From assembly GCA_036679605.1 (NCBI GenBank), contig JAZDCZ010000243.1:62721-126720 (forward strand): a stretch of DNA of 64,000 nucleotides. The letters are read 5' to 3'. The notes under the pieces are model-generated. The model made no database searches, was not told the origin of the DNA, and saw nothing but the letters and a program-made list of their open reading frames with translations. Below, one piece after another: positions 30,104 to 39,849 of this stretch. The position numbers and the translations under genes were made by a program. The first letter of the stretch is position 1, and each line of letters starts with the position of its first letter. The DNA is from Gemmatimonadota bacterium. GTDB taxonomy: Bacteria; Gemmatimonadota; Gemmatimonadetes; Gemmatimonadales; GWC2-71-9.

Positions 30104-30609
30104 TATTTGCTCCTCCTCTTTTTTTCCCGGGATTTTCGTAGCGTCTCTCTGAATTGCTTGCGCCGTTCCTCGACTCCGTCTATTGCCTCTTCCACGCTGT
30201 GCCCTATCGACGAACTTCCAGGGATCCTTGAATCCTTGGCGAACCACACTTCATTTCCCTGCTCATCGACTTCCATAGAGACATCGATGCCCACCTCTCC
30301 AGTGTCGTCTGAAGGGATCTCATCGTCATTATTCTCGTCGTTGGTCTCCCGCGCCCGCCGCAACACTTCGCGGTACTCACGCTTCCGTTCCTCTATGCCT
30401 TCGATCGCCTCATTCGCGCTGTCGCCAGTGGCTATCTTTCCAGGGAGGCTCGAATCTTCCGCGTACCAGATCTCATTGCCCTTCTCGTCTATCTCCATGG
30501 ATGTCTCGACTTTATGCTCGCCGGACGGGTCGTCCATCGGCGGCTCGCGGTCTAGGTCCGCGTCGTTTTCGTCGAACTCATCGTTTTCGTCGTAACGGTC
30601 CGTAGTCAT
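30103..30609 (-). CDS. Acidic protein with two tandem HicB-N-like domains
   Basis: Two roughly 57-aa repeats of the form SMExDExGNExWxAxDSxxPG...GxSxxEAIxGxEER. Confidence 0.6.
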   Translation of the reverse strand: MTTDRYDENDEFDENDADLDREPPMDDPSGEHKVETSMEIDEKGNEIWYAEDSSLPGKIATGDSANEAIEGIEERKREYREVLRRARETNDENNDDEIPSDDTGEVGIDVSMEVDEQGNEVWFAKDSRIPGSSSIGHSVEEAIDGVEERRKQFRETLRKSREKKRRSK

Positions 30610-30672
30610 CCGGGGCCCTTTCTGGTGCCGGGAAAATGGCATATGAGTCGCGCCGCGTCAAAGGTCCCTTAC

Positions 30673-31956
30673 CTACGCGCCCAAGGCCCTGTCAAGATTC
30701 TCAACCAAGTAGTCGGCGTTTTCCCTGGTGAACACTAGCGGCGGCTTGATCTTGAGTACGTTATGAAGCGGGCCGTCGGTGCTCAATAGAATCCCTGCAC
30801 TCTTCATTCTTTCGACTACCTCGGTCGCGAAATCGGCGGCTGGCTGCCGGGTCTCCTTGTCCCGAACGAGCTCGACACCGATGAAGAGCCCCATTCCACG
30901 CACGTCCCCGATCGTGGCACAGCGCGTAGCGAGCCGTTCGAGTTCGCCCTTCAGATGGTCACCCGCTAAGCGCGCGTTGTCTTGTAGTTGCTGTTCTTCT
31001 ATGACGTCTAGCACGGCTATACCAATCGCGCACGAGACCGGATTGCCGCCGAACGTATTGAAATATTCCATTCCGTTGTCGAATGACCGTGCGATTTCAG
31101 GAGTAGTGATGACGGCGGCCATGGGGTGTCCGTTACCGATGGGCTTGCCGAGCGTGACGATATCTGGGATAACGCGCTGTGTCTCGAATCCCCAGAAGTG
31201 AGTGCCGACCCGCCCGAAACCCACCTGCACTTCGTCCGCTATGCAAACGGCGCCGGCCTCGCGCGCGTACCGGTAGGCCGTCTCGAGGTAGCCGCTGGGA
31301 AGCACAATTTGCCCACCGCATCCCAAGAGTGACTCGCAGATGAACGCCGCGATCTTTCTGTCATCCTTTTTGACACGATCGATAGTGCCCCGGACATAAT
31401 CAGCATAGCTCGTTCCCGCCGTAGCCGGGTCGGAGTGCCGCCCCCGGTAGGTGTCCGGCATCGGAACCTGGTGCACGTGCTTCGGTGCTCCCGACCCGCC
31501 TGGTCCGTCATACTTGTAGGGGCTGATATTGATCAGCGCGCTGGTGTTCCCGTGGTAAGCCCCGTCAAGAACGATGATGTCGCCACCGCCTGTATGCGCC
31601 CGCGCCATCCGAAGTGCAAGGTCGTTCGCCTCGCTGCCCGAACACACGAGGTAGCAGACGCTCAGCGGATCGGGAAACAACGCCGTTAGCCGCTGCAAAT
31701 ACTCGACCCGTTTGTGATGCAGGTAACGGGTGTTGGTATTGAGAGTAGCGATTTGGTCTTGCGCGGCCTGCACCACCTTGGGATGGCAGTGCCCCACGTG
31801 ACAGACGTTGTTGACGCAGTCGAGGTACTCTCTTCCCGCATCATCATACAGGTATTGCATCGACCCACGTACGATGTTGAGCGGGACGCGGTATGCGATG
31901 CTAAGCGAGTCACCGAAGTGCTTTCGTCTGGTCTCGAGGATCTCGCTCGTCTTCAA
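30673..31956 (-). CDS. Class III PLP enzyme, ETNPPL/PHYKPL-like phospho-lyase
   Basis: [25 protein letters not shown] and TLGKPIGNG motifs. Confidence 0.88.
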   Translation of the reverse strand: MKTSEILETRRKHFGDSLSIAYRVPLNIVRGSMQYLYDDAGREYLDCVNNVCHVGHCHPKVVQAAQDQIATLNTNTRYLHHKRVEYLQRLTALFPDPLSVCYLVCSGSEANDLALRMARAHTGGGDIIVLDGAYHGNTSALINISPYKYDGPGGSGAPKHVHQVPMPDTYRGRHSDPATAGTSYADYVRGTIDRVKKDDRKIAAFICESLLGCGGQIVLPSGYLETAYRYAREAGAVCIADEVQVGFGRVGTHFWGFETQRVIPDIVTLGKPIGNGHPMAAVITTPEIARSFDNGMEYFNTFGGNPVSCAIGIAVLDVIEEQQLQDNARLAGDHLKGELERLATRCATIGDVRGMGLFIGVELVRDKETRQPAADFATEVVERMKSAGILLSTDGPLHNVLKIKPPLVFTRENADYLVENLDRALGA

Positions 31957-31957
31957 G

Positions 31958-33016
31958 TTAGCGCTCTCCCTCTGTCCGGCTCACGCCGATGAGTTGTTTG
32001 AACGCGCGCTTTGCCTCGTCGGCGCCCACCTTGGCCAGGAGTTCCAGTGCGCTCCATGCGGGCCGCTCGGAGATGGCCAGGTATTGATTGTCGGCGACTT
32101 GATCCGCACTGCGGGCTGAAATCGTGACGCTGATACATAGTCTCATGCAGATCAGGTTGTACAGTAATTCCAGCTCCAAGCCTGTAATGGGAGACACTGT
32201 GTTGTAGCCGGCGGCGACTTGGGCCGCAGCCGTTATGGGGTCACTCTTGTCGAGCAGTGCGTACGCCGAGGCGATGCAGAGTTCGAACACCGTGCGTGTG
32301 TAGAGGAGCTCCCCGAAGTCTATGATTCCAACCACCTGCTGTGAGCCGGACTTGGGGTTTCCAACCATAACGTTGTAATCGTTCCCGTCGTTGTGAATCA
32401 CACTCCTCTTCAGTTCGGACAGTCTAGGCGCTGTCTCGGTTTCGAACTGGACCAGAAAATTCTCGATTAGTGCCCGCTGCTTGGAATTGGTGATGGAGTC
32501 GATGTACCTGCGGACCGTGTTGCTCGCGTTCTCGAGATCCCATGCCGTATTGCGCTTGGTAGCGGGGTGGGCAAAGTCCGAGAGCGCGACGTCGAGTCTT
32601 GCGAAGAATCGTCCGATGTCACGTAGCAGGGTAGGGCTATGTGAGTCGACGGTACCTAAGGGAACTCCCGGCACGAACGTAAGCAGGCGAACGAAGTGCG
32701 ATACGCCGGGTTCGGCCTCGACCTCGTTGATCGTGTCACCTGACGTGGCCCCCACTACTTGAGGGCAGCCCAATGACGGATCCCGCTCCGCGACGCACTG
32801 CATCACCCGGTTCTGCGCGTCGATGGTATCGAGAAGCGTGTCCCCGTTGGAGACCTTCAGGATGAATGTCCCGCCCGACGCGTCTCGCAGCAGGAAGTTC
32901 TGGTCGCGGTCGCTCGGCAGCCCGCGTGCCATGGTCGACATTCCGTACAGGTTGTAGGCGAGGGCAACTGCCTGTTCGTCGTTGAACTGCGGAACCTTCC
33001 CTTGTGCCAGAGCCAC
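31958..33016 (-). CDS. APH-fold kinase, hydroxylysine kinase-like
   Basis: [16 protein letters not shown] and IIDFG motifs; GGAGG RBS before GTG 33016. Confidence 0.82.
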   Translation of the reverse strand: MALAQGKVPQFNDEQAVALAYNLYGMSTMARGLPSDRDQNFLLRDASGGTFILKVSNGDTLLDTIDAQNRVMQCVAERDPSLGCPQVVGATSGDTINEVEAEPGVSHFVRLLTFVPGVPLGTVDSHSPTLLRDIGRFFARLDVALSDFAHPATKRNTAWDLENASNTVRRYIDSITNSKQRALIENFLVQFETETAPRLSELKRSVIHNDGNDYNVMVGNPKSGSQQVVGIIDFGELLYTRTVFELCIASAYALLDKSDPITAAAQVAAGYNTVSPITGLELELLYNLICMRLCISVTISARSADQVADNQYLAISERPAWSALELLAKVGADEAKRAFKQLIGVSRTEGER

Positions 33017-33153
33017 GTGTCCTCCGAAAACTGTGCAGGAGGAGAGTACAGTATGTGGCGACTCATCGCGAGAGGTACGGCGGGTTTCTCGCGGGTTCCT
33101 CTTCTCGAATTGAGCAATAGGTTTAACCGAGGCATTTCGGAAGTGGTGGTACA

Positions 33154-34338
33154 ATGCAGGCTTCGTATGTAGTATCTGTGGCCGCTGTTGTAGTCCTCGC
33201 ATGTGGGGGCGACAGCGGTACGGGCGGCCGCTGGGCTGGAACGGTCGATACGCTCGAAAACGGCGTGGTTCTGGTGAGCAACCCCGCTACGGGCATATGG
33301 GACTCGACCAGTTCCTGGCGTCTCATCGAAGAAACCCGCATCGGCAGCGTCGAGGGCGAGGGCCCCGAGGTCTTCTCCGTGGTCATAGGGTTGGAGGCCG
33401 ACGAATCGGGCCGGATCTATGTGCTGGATCGGCAGATCCAGGAGGTACGGGTCTTCGAGGAGGACGGTGCCTATGTGCGGACCCTCGGGCGTACCGGTGA
33501 AGGGCCCGGCGAATTTCGCGGTGCTGATGGGCTCGGTTGGGGCCCGCAAGGCCGACTCTGGGTTGTTGACCAAAGACTCGACCGTTTTTCCGTTTACGAC
33601 ACCGCGGGCAACTATGTGACGAGTTACCGAGCGCCCATGCGAATTCGTGAATGGGAGTGGAGCGGCAGTTTTACTGAAGGCGGCGAGCTGTACGATTATG
33701 GCTCCGTCAGATCCTTGGACGAGTCGCGAGGGGTTGTGTTGCGTTTCGACGGGGTCGAGCAGTATTCGGACACCTTCCCGCTGCCCCACTACCAAGCGGA
33801 GTTTTTCACATACGAGAGCGCAGGTCGTAGCGGAATGACGGAAGTGCCGTTCGCTCCGAAACTGGTATGGCGCGTGGGCCCAAATGGCGATCTATGGTCT
33901 GGGATGGCAGATCGCTACCGGATCTACCGATCCACATTGGAAGGCGACACGCTGCGAGCGATCGAACGCGAATACGATCCGGTCGAAGTTTCAGCCGACG
34001 AGCGCGAAGGAGCCGAGGCGCGAGTTCGGGACTTCGTGAAGGGCAAGAATATCGACCTGTCGCGGATACCGCGACATAAGCCTGCGTTTCAGCGATTCGT
34101 AGTGGACGAGGCGGGTTTTCTCTGGGTGTGGGTTTCTGATTCGGACGGGGGCGGAGGAAGCGGTCTCGATGTGTTCGATCCCGATGGCCGCTACCTGGGT
34201 CAGGTAATAACTCAGTCCAGAATCAGTAGGTGGCCACTTTTCAGAGTACGGCGTGGCAACGTCTACTTCGTTACCACCGACGAGTTGGACGTGCCCTTCG
34301 TGATACGGGCGAGGATCGAAGGCCGTGTCGGTCGTTGA
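33154..34338 (+). CDS. 6-bladed beta-propeller lipoprotein
   Basis: Lipobox VLAC; GRTGEGPGEF motif. Confidence 0.8.
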   Translation: MQASYVVSVAAVVVLACGGDSGTGGRWAGTVDTLENGVVLVSNPATGIWDSTSSWRLIEETRIGSVEGEGPEVFSVVIGLEADESGRIYVLDRQIQEVRVFEEDGAYVRTLGRTGEGPGEFRGADGLGWGPQGRLWVVDQRLDRFSVYDTAGNYVTSYRAPMRIREWEWSGSFTEGGELYDYGSVRSLDESRGVVLRFDGVEQYSDTFPLPHYQAEFFTYESAGRSGMTEVPFAPKLVWRVGPNGDLWSGMADRYRIYRSTLEGDTLRAIEREYDPVEVSADEREGAEARVRDFVKGKNIDLSRIPRHKPAFQRFVVDEAGFLWVWVSDSDGGGGSGLDVFDPDGRYLGQVITQSRISRWPLFRVRRGNVYFVTTDELDVPFVIRARIEGRVGR

Positions 34339-34401
34339 TCGGAAACATAGGCTGGCTTGACCATCCGTCGTGCATGAACCAGCTACCGGCACCTCTCATC
34401 C

Positions 34402-34821
34402 TCATCGAGCGGGTGCAATCCGAAACCGGCGCCGACCCTCGACCCGGTAGGTATTGAAGTCGTTGTAGTCCACGGTGAAGATCGTGTAGAGAGACTCGCG
34501 TCTCGCGAGCTGCACCAGCGTAGCGTCGGCGAAATCCATGGGTCGATCGTGATATTGCTTCATGAGAGAATCTAGCGTTGCCAAGTCCGAGTCGTCGACA
34601 GGTAGTACTGTTACGGCACCGGACCGGACGAACCGCCACGCTGCCTCCGTTTCCTGCTTACTGTGCCCCACAAGGTGAAACAACTCGGTTAGAACAGCGG
34701 CTGACGTAACTAACGGAAATCGGAGATCCTTGATTGCCGCCACACAGGCATCGTGCCATTGGTCATCTCGATCCAGCAAGGCAAGGATTGCTCCGGTATC
34801 GATGAGCGCGCTAGCGGGCAC
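34402..34821 (-). CDS. PIN-domain toxin (VapC family)
   Basis: LIDTG, LTE, MDFADA and FTVD motifs; GTG start overlaps the antitoxin end. Confidence 0.88.
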   Translation of the reverse strand: MPASALIDTGAILALLDRDDQWHDACVAAIKDLRFPLVTSAAVLTELFHLVGHSKQETEAAWRFVRSGAVTVLPVDDSDLATLDSLMKQYHDRPMDFADATLVQLARRESLYTIFTVDYNDFNTYRVEGRRRFRIAPAR

Positions 34822-35098
34822 GGTGCTTGTCGAGTCGTGCTCGGACCGCCCGCCGCACGCTCTCCGAGCGCCTCGGGTCGCCACCGGCGATGGTGCCGAA
34901 GGTCCGGGCTGCGGCACCGTGCAATGCCTTTTGTACGGCGATGTCTTGGCCGTCGCCGAATCGCGACCGATCGAGCCATTCAAGAGCGATGCGCTCGAGC
35001 AATCCAGCCAAACTCTCTCTGTCCCTTCGGGCCGCTTCCTCCAACGCATTCTTGAGGTCCGGGGAAAGACGCCAACTATACACTTCGGTCTTTGCCAT
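34811..35098 (-). CDS. Putative VapB-type antitoxin (RHH-like)
   Basis: Small gene directly upstream of the PIN gene; YSWRLSPDLKNALEEAARR pattern. Confidence 0.75.
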   Translation of the reverse strand: MAKTEVYSWRLSPDLKNALEEAARRDRESLAGLLERIALEWLDRSRFGDGQDIAVQKALHGAAARTFGTIAGGDPRRSESVRRAVRARLDKHRAR

Positions 35099-35134
35099 GC
35101 ACTACAGTGTAGTGCAAGACACCGTATCGTTCAA
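35098..35134 (-). promoter_or_regulatory. Leaderless-type promoter and operator of the vapBC-like operon
   Basis: TTGAAC-N17-TACACT-N7-ATG; perfect palindrome TGCACTACA-G-TGTAGTGCA at 35098-35116. Confidence 0.7.
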
Positions 35135-35261
35135 GGGGCACTGGTCAAGTGGTCGCATGCTCGCCAAGATGGCTCATCAGCTGTGTAAAGGGCGAACCGA
35201 AATTACGCCGGCAGGACCGGAGTCATGCGGAGGGCGCTCTGACGCCACTTTGACCGACACT

Positions 35262-35293
35262 GGGCCGCGGCCGCTACGTGCAAGCCGCGGCCC
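35262..35293 (-). terminator. GC-rich hairpin downstream of the TPR gene
   Basis: GGGCCGCGGC/GCCGCGGCCC 10-bp stem with no clear U tract. Confidence 0.45.
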
Positions 35294-35302
35294 CGCATTT
35301 TC

Positions 35303-36460
35303 TCAGTTCGACTTCGTTGAATCAGCCTTCACTGATTTGCTTGAATCAGTCTCGACCGCCTCGGTCGCGGGAACCACAGTAGAGTCCCTCCTGATCCGCT
35401 CACTTGAGTCGGCTGCCGCTACCGGCTCAGTCTCTACCTCGGGTGGTAACGGCGTCTCAGGCGAGAACTCGTCGCATCCATTCCGCCAGCACTCTATTTC
35501 CCCGACGAATTGTTGTGCTAATTCCGTGAGATCGACGCGATCGACATCGGATGCTGGGGTCAGCTGCTCGATACGATCGAGACTCACGGCAGCTTTCTCG
35601 TGGTCAGGGTCGATTGCCAGGGCGGTGCGGAACGCACCGGCCGCTGCGTTTACATGACCGGTACCTTCCAGAGCGACGCCGAGGTTGTTCTGGAACACCG
35701 CAATGTCGGTGCGCAACTCGGTGGCACGGGCCAACGGAGGCAGAGCTTCGTCAAATCGTCCCAGACGAATCAACGCCAGTCCCAGGTTGTTGATGGTCCA
35801 AGCATCGTCACCGTCAATCAAAATCGCTTCGCGGTACGATTCTATTGCCTCATCGACACGGCCGAGATCGGTGAGCGCGACGCCGCGTAGGCGAAACGCT
35901 TCGTTGGACTCGGGCTCGATCTCTATGACGCTAGCCAGTTTGTCGAGTGCTTCCTCTGGCCGGTCCGTGACCAATAGGACCCTACTCAAGTTGATAAGAG
36001 TCTTCACATGCTGTGGGTCGATCTCCAAGGCGGTCTCAAATGCCCCTTCGGCCTGCTCGGAATTTCCCGATCTCCGCGCCGAGAGCCCCAGCATGTAGTG
36101 GCCCCACACGTTGTCGGAATGCTTCTCGGCGTAGACCTCGAACAGTTCCACGGCCTCGCCGTAGCGCTTCTCCCTGAACGCCGACTCGGCGTCGTCGTAA
36201 GAGACGTTATCGGGGACAACGTGTTTGGTCGGCGTGGGCTCCACAGGAGTTTCGGTGATCATCGATGCCGGCCGTACAGTGTAGGCGGGGGCTGCCGACG
36301 CGGGCGGTGTAGGGGCGCGGCCGATTTCCGACCTGCTCTGTTCCGTCTGAGTGTCACTGCACCCCGCCATCGTGAGATAGGTGACGATCAGAAAGGCGCC
36401 GACTGCGACGCGTCCGGTGGTGGTTTGAACTCTGGACTCTGGCTTGAATCGGAAACGCAT
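35303..36460 (-). CDS. TPR-repeat lipoprotein
   Basis: Lipobox MAGC, multiple TPRs, AGGGGAGG RBS. Confidence 0.85.
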   Translation of the reverse strand: MRFRFKPESRVQTTTGRVAVGAFLIVTYLTMAGCSDTQTEQSRSEIGRAPTPPASAAPAYTVRPASMITETPVEPTPTKHVVPDNVSYDDAESAFREKRYGEAVELFEVYAEKHSDNVWGHYMLGLSARRSGNSEQAEGAFETALEIDPQHVKTLINLSRVLLVTDRPEEALDKLASVIEIEPESNEAFRLRGVALTDLGRVDEAIESYREAILIDGDDAWTINNLGLALIRLGRFDEALPPLARATELRTDIAVFQNNLGVALEGTGHVNAAAGAFRTALAIDPDHEKAAVSLDRIEQLTPASDVDRVDLTELAQQFVGEIECWRNGCDEFSPETPLPPEVETEPVAAADSSERIRRDSTVVPATEAVETDSSKSVKADSTKSN

Positions 36461-36528
36461 GTTGTCCTCCCCTGCTTCTGGCGCCGGTGGGGCGCTCGGT
36501 TGTGGTTGGCACTCGCAGGGGTATTAAG

Positions 36529-36544
36529 GCAACAGGGCTGCCAG
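36529..36544 (-). promoter_or_regulatory. Sigma-54 (-24/-12) promoter of the TPR gene
   Basis: CTGGCAGCCCTGTTGC, i.e. GG-N10-GC. Confidence 0.8.
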
Positions 36545-36583
36545 TCCGGATCGCGCGCGTGATGTTTTGCGTAACACCTAATC

Positions 36584-36596
36584 AATCAACGTGTTA
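36584..36596 (+). promoter_or_regulatory. IHF binding site
   Basis: AATCAACGTGTTA matches WATCAANNNNTTR exactly. Confidence 0.7.
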
Positions 36597-36640
36597 CCTC
36601 TAGAAACCTGCCGGAGGGTTGGTGCAGAATAGGGGTGTTT

Positions 36641-36690
36641 GTGTCCAAAAGGACACGCCAGACTAGGGGCTATTGTGTCTATTCGGACAC
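36641..36690. promoter_or_regulatory. Two palindromic upstream activator sequences
   Basis: GTGTCC-AAAA-GGACAC (36641-36656) and GTGTCT-ATTC-GGACAC (36675-36690). Confidence 0.7.
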
Positions 36691-36706
36691 GTAAACAGGG
36701 AGACTC

Positions 36707-38095
36707 TTATTGTTGTCGGCGGAGCCCGTGCTTACGCATGATTTTTAGCAGGCTCGAATGGTCGGCCAGTCCAAGGTCGGCGGCGGTCTTTGTGATGTGC
36801 CAGTCGTTCCTTTCCAGGGCCGAGACAAGAATCGCTCGCTCGGCTTCCGCTTTTAGCTCCAGAAAGGTTTGCGGCTTGGGCGCACTCGTACCACGGTCTC
36901 CGATTCCGGCCGGTACGTGCTCCGACCCGATCAGGTCGTCGTCGGACGAGATAATCATGCGCTCCACGGTGTTTCTCAATTCCCGAACGTTGTTCCGTTT
37001 CCAATCGTGGGACATGAGGAGGTCGAGCGCTGCCGGATCCACCGTCTTCTTGCGAATTCGGTAACGTGTACAGATGGCGGCAACGATATGGTCAACGAGA
37101 TCGGGTATGTCCGACAGTCGTTCACGCAGTGGCGGAACCTGGATCACGTGGACGTTCAGTCTGTAGAACAGGTCCTGGCGAAATCTTCCGGCGGCCATGT
37201 CTTGCTCCAGGTCACGATTGGTCGCCGCCAATACCCTGGCATTCACGGGCAGTGGTCGTTCGCCACCTACCCGTGTGATCTCTCGTTCCTCCAAGGCACG
37301 CAGCAACTTGGCCTGTACCGGCGGACTTAGTTCGCCTACCTCGTCGAGAAACAACGTTCCGCGGCCCGCGGCCTCGAATGCGCCTCTTCTCATTCGTGCA
37401 GCTCCTGTGAATGCCCCGCGTTCGTGGCCGAACAGTTCGCTCTCGACGAGGTTTTCGGGGAGTGCAGCGCAATTTATCGCTATCAGTGGCAACTCAGCGT
37501 TTCTCGATCGGCGTGATGCCGATTCGCTCGCCGCATTCGGTCCGAGTCTATGCAGTTCGCGCGCAACCAATTCTTTGCCAGAGCCACTTTCCCCTAGTAT
37601 GAGCACCGGACTGGGCACAGGAGCGACCTTCGCAATGATCTCCTTGAGCTGCTGCATGGCAGGACTACCGCCTATCAACGGTGAGTCGTCGGCCAGATGT
37701 TGTCTCAACTCACGAACCTCGTTGACCAATCGAGCCCGCTCGAGCGCATTCTCGATCTCCTGAACTACACGTTCCATCGACTCCGCCTTATCGATGAACC
37801 CGTATGCACCCAGCCGGATCGCCTGTGCACAGCGATCGTAGTCTCCCGTACCCGTGTAAACGATCACAGGAGCTTCGAATTTCTTCTCCTTGAGGGATCT
37901 CAGGACTTCGAACCCGTCGATACCGGGCATCTCCAAGTCGAGAATGACGCAATCGACAGATTCACGTTCTACGACGTCCAGCGCCTCTCGACCGCTCGCC
38001 GCTACGATCGTCTCGTAATCACCGATGCGCTCGAGATCGTACGCATACTGCTCGGCCATCGCAGGCACGTCGTCCACCACGAGTACCCGAGTCAT
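36707..38095 (-). CDS. Sigma-54-dependent response regulator (NtrC family)
   Basis: REC domain; GESGSGKE, GAFTGA and FRQDLFYRLN motifs; Fis-type HTH. Confidence 0.95.
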   Translation of the reverse strand: MTRVLVVDDVPAMAEQYAYDLERIGDYETIVAASGREALDVVERESVDCVILDLEMPGIDGFEVLRSLKEKKFEAPVIVYTGTGDYDRCAQAIRLGAYGFIDKAESMERVVQEIENALERARLVNEVRELRQHLADDSPLIGGSPAMQQLKEIIAKVAPVPSPVLILGESGSGKELVARELHRLGPNAASESASRRSRNAELPLIAINCAALPENLVESELFGHERGAFTGAARMRRGAFEAAGRGTLFLDEVGELSPPVQAKLLRALEEREITRVGGERPLPVNARVLAATNRDLEQDMAAGRFRQDLFYRLNVHVIQVPPLRERLSDIPDLVDHIVAAICTRYRIRKKTVDPAALDLLMSHDWKRNNVRELRNTVERMIISSDDDLIGSEHVPAGIGDRGTSAPKPQTFLELKAEAERAILVSALERNDWHITKTAADLGLADHSSLLKIMRKHGLRRQQ

Positions 38096-39849
38096 ACGGA
38101 GGCAGTGCCGTTTGAAGAAATCTTAGACGCCTGGGGCATCTCCACAGTGAATCGTGTGCCAACTCCTGGCTCACTTTGGACCTTGATTGCGCCGTGAAGA
38201 TCCATGACGAGACGCCGTACGATGGAGAGCCCTAGTCCGGTACCATCCTTTTTGGTAGTGTAGAAGTCGTCGAAGACACGATCCAGCTGCTCCCTCGACA
38301 TGCCGGGTCCTGTGTCGGCCACGGCAATCCTCACTACCTCGTCGCTAGTGTTGGAAGGCACGAGTTCAGTGATAATGGTTATCGTACCAGATTGTGAGTC
38401 GAGACTGTCTACGGCATTACCGACCAAGTTTTCCAAGATGCGTCGCAATACTACGTCGTCACCCATCACCGCGGGAAGCTTTGGTGCGAGACTGGCTTCC
38501 AGTCTCACATTGCTCAAGTGCGCCATGTCACGGACCAGTTGCTCTACGACGACGTTGACGTCGCACGGACGTCGGTCCAAGCGAGGATGCAGTCGTGCGT
38601 AGTTCGCGGCGAGTTGTTCGAGATACGATATACCGGCATCGAGCGTTGTCTGTCGTTCGGTAAATACCGCAGCCAGCCGATCGGGATCGTCATTTGCAAT
38701 CTTTGTCAGGTGCTGTAACACGTTACGAATTGGGGTAAGCGCATTCTTGATGTCGTGATTCACTTGACGAGACACGTCTCCCACGGTAGCGCGACGCTCC
38801 GCTTCCCTCAAACTCGTAGCACTCATGCGCAGGCGCCTGGTCATCGCTGCAAGGAGGCGCGATAACATCCCAACCTCGTCCGTCCGATCGGTCGCAAAGT
38901 CCACGTCGAGTCTATGCAGATCGATCTCCGATGTCTTGCGCGCCAGCTCCGCTATCGGTCGACTCAGTTTGCGCGATAGCCATCCGGCCAGCACCAGCGA
39001 GAGAGCGGTGGCAACGGCACCGGCGATAAGAAAAGTCAGGTCGATTCTCTGGCGTAGCTCTCGTAAAGGAGTGAGCGGATGACTGACCAGAATCTGAGCC
39101 GAGGATGTTTGCCCGGTTTCATCTATATAAGGCATGTCATGGGCGTCGACGACAAGATCAGATCCAGATGGGATCACGGCGCGGCCAATAGAATCAATCG
39201 TCACTCGGCCCGATAGCTCGGGATCAGAGGAAACGATCCCATTTGGGTAGATCAGAGTAACAGCAACTGTCTTATCGGTGGCGAGCCCGGATATGAGGCG
39301 GTCGGCTATCGAAATTCCTCCCACTGCGTAGAACGATCTGCCGCCGAGCCGAAATGAATCGACTCGCGCGAGCGTCACGAACGGGCCCTCCGCGCTGCGT
39401 GCAAGGAGCAGTGCGGAGCCGGTGGGCGAAGACGCGAGCAAACTTGGCAACGTGGGCTGGAGCATGTCATACTCGTTCCTGAAATGACCCGAACTCAAGA
39501 TTCTGCCGGAGTCGTTCTGGATTTGGAGCATGGCTAGACCCATTAACTGCATCGCGTCACCTGCATAGTCGAGCAGGTACGATCGTTCGGAGGCGTCGTA
39601 CTGCACTGCGGCGCGGCGAAACCGATTGTCATTGACCAATGTCTTCGTGAGAGTGGAGAGCCGCTGTTTCAACGTCTCGCTCTCACGGGCCAAATCCACC
39701 TCGATTACCGAAGCGAGCGAGGCGATTCGTTGTTGGAATTGGTTGGTCAGGCGATCGCTCATTTGTTGACGAACAACTAGAGCTAGACTGGTGAGGGGAA
39801 CTAGAACCACCGCTACGAATGCGAAGAGGAGCCGGAAACGTAGAGTCAT
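38092..39849 (-). CDS. HAMP sensor histidine kinase (NtrY-like)
   Basis: 2 TM segments, HAMP, HDIKNALTP, DTGPG and GTGLGL; ATGA overlaps on both sides. Confidence 0.92.
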   Translation of the reverse strand: MTLRFRLLFAFVAVVLVPLTSLALVVRQQMSDRLTNQFQQRIASLASVIEVDLARESETLKQRLSTLTKTLVNDNRFRRAAVQYDASERSYLLDYAGDAMQLMGLAMLQIQNDSGRILSSGHFRNEYDMLQPTLPSLLASSPTGSALLLARSAEGPFVTLARVDSFRLGGRSFYAVGGISIADRLISGLATDKTVAVTLIYPNGIVSSDPELSGRVTIDSIGRAVIPSGSDLVVDAHDMPYIDETGQTSSAQILVSHPLTPLRELRQRIDLTFLIAGAVATALSLVLAGWLSRKLSRPIAELARKTSEIDLHRLDVDFATDRTDEVGMLSRLLAAMTRRLRMSATSLREAERRATVGDVSRQVNHDIKNALTPIRNVLQHLTKIANDDPDRLAAVFTERQTTLDAGISYLEQLAANYARLHPRLDRRPCDVNVVVEQLVRDMAHLSNVRLEASLAPKLPAVMGDDVVLRRILENLVGNAVDSLDSQSGTITIITELVPSNTSDEVVRIAVADTGPGMSREQLDRVFDDFYTTKKDGTGLGLSIVRRLVMDLHGAIKVQSEPGVGTRFTVEMPQASKISSNGTASV

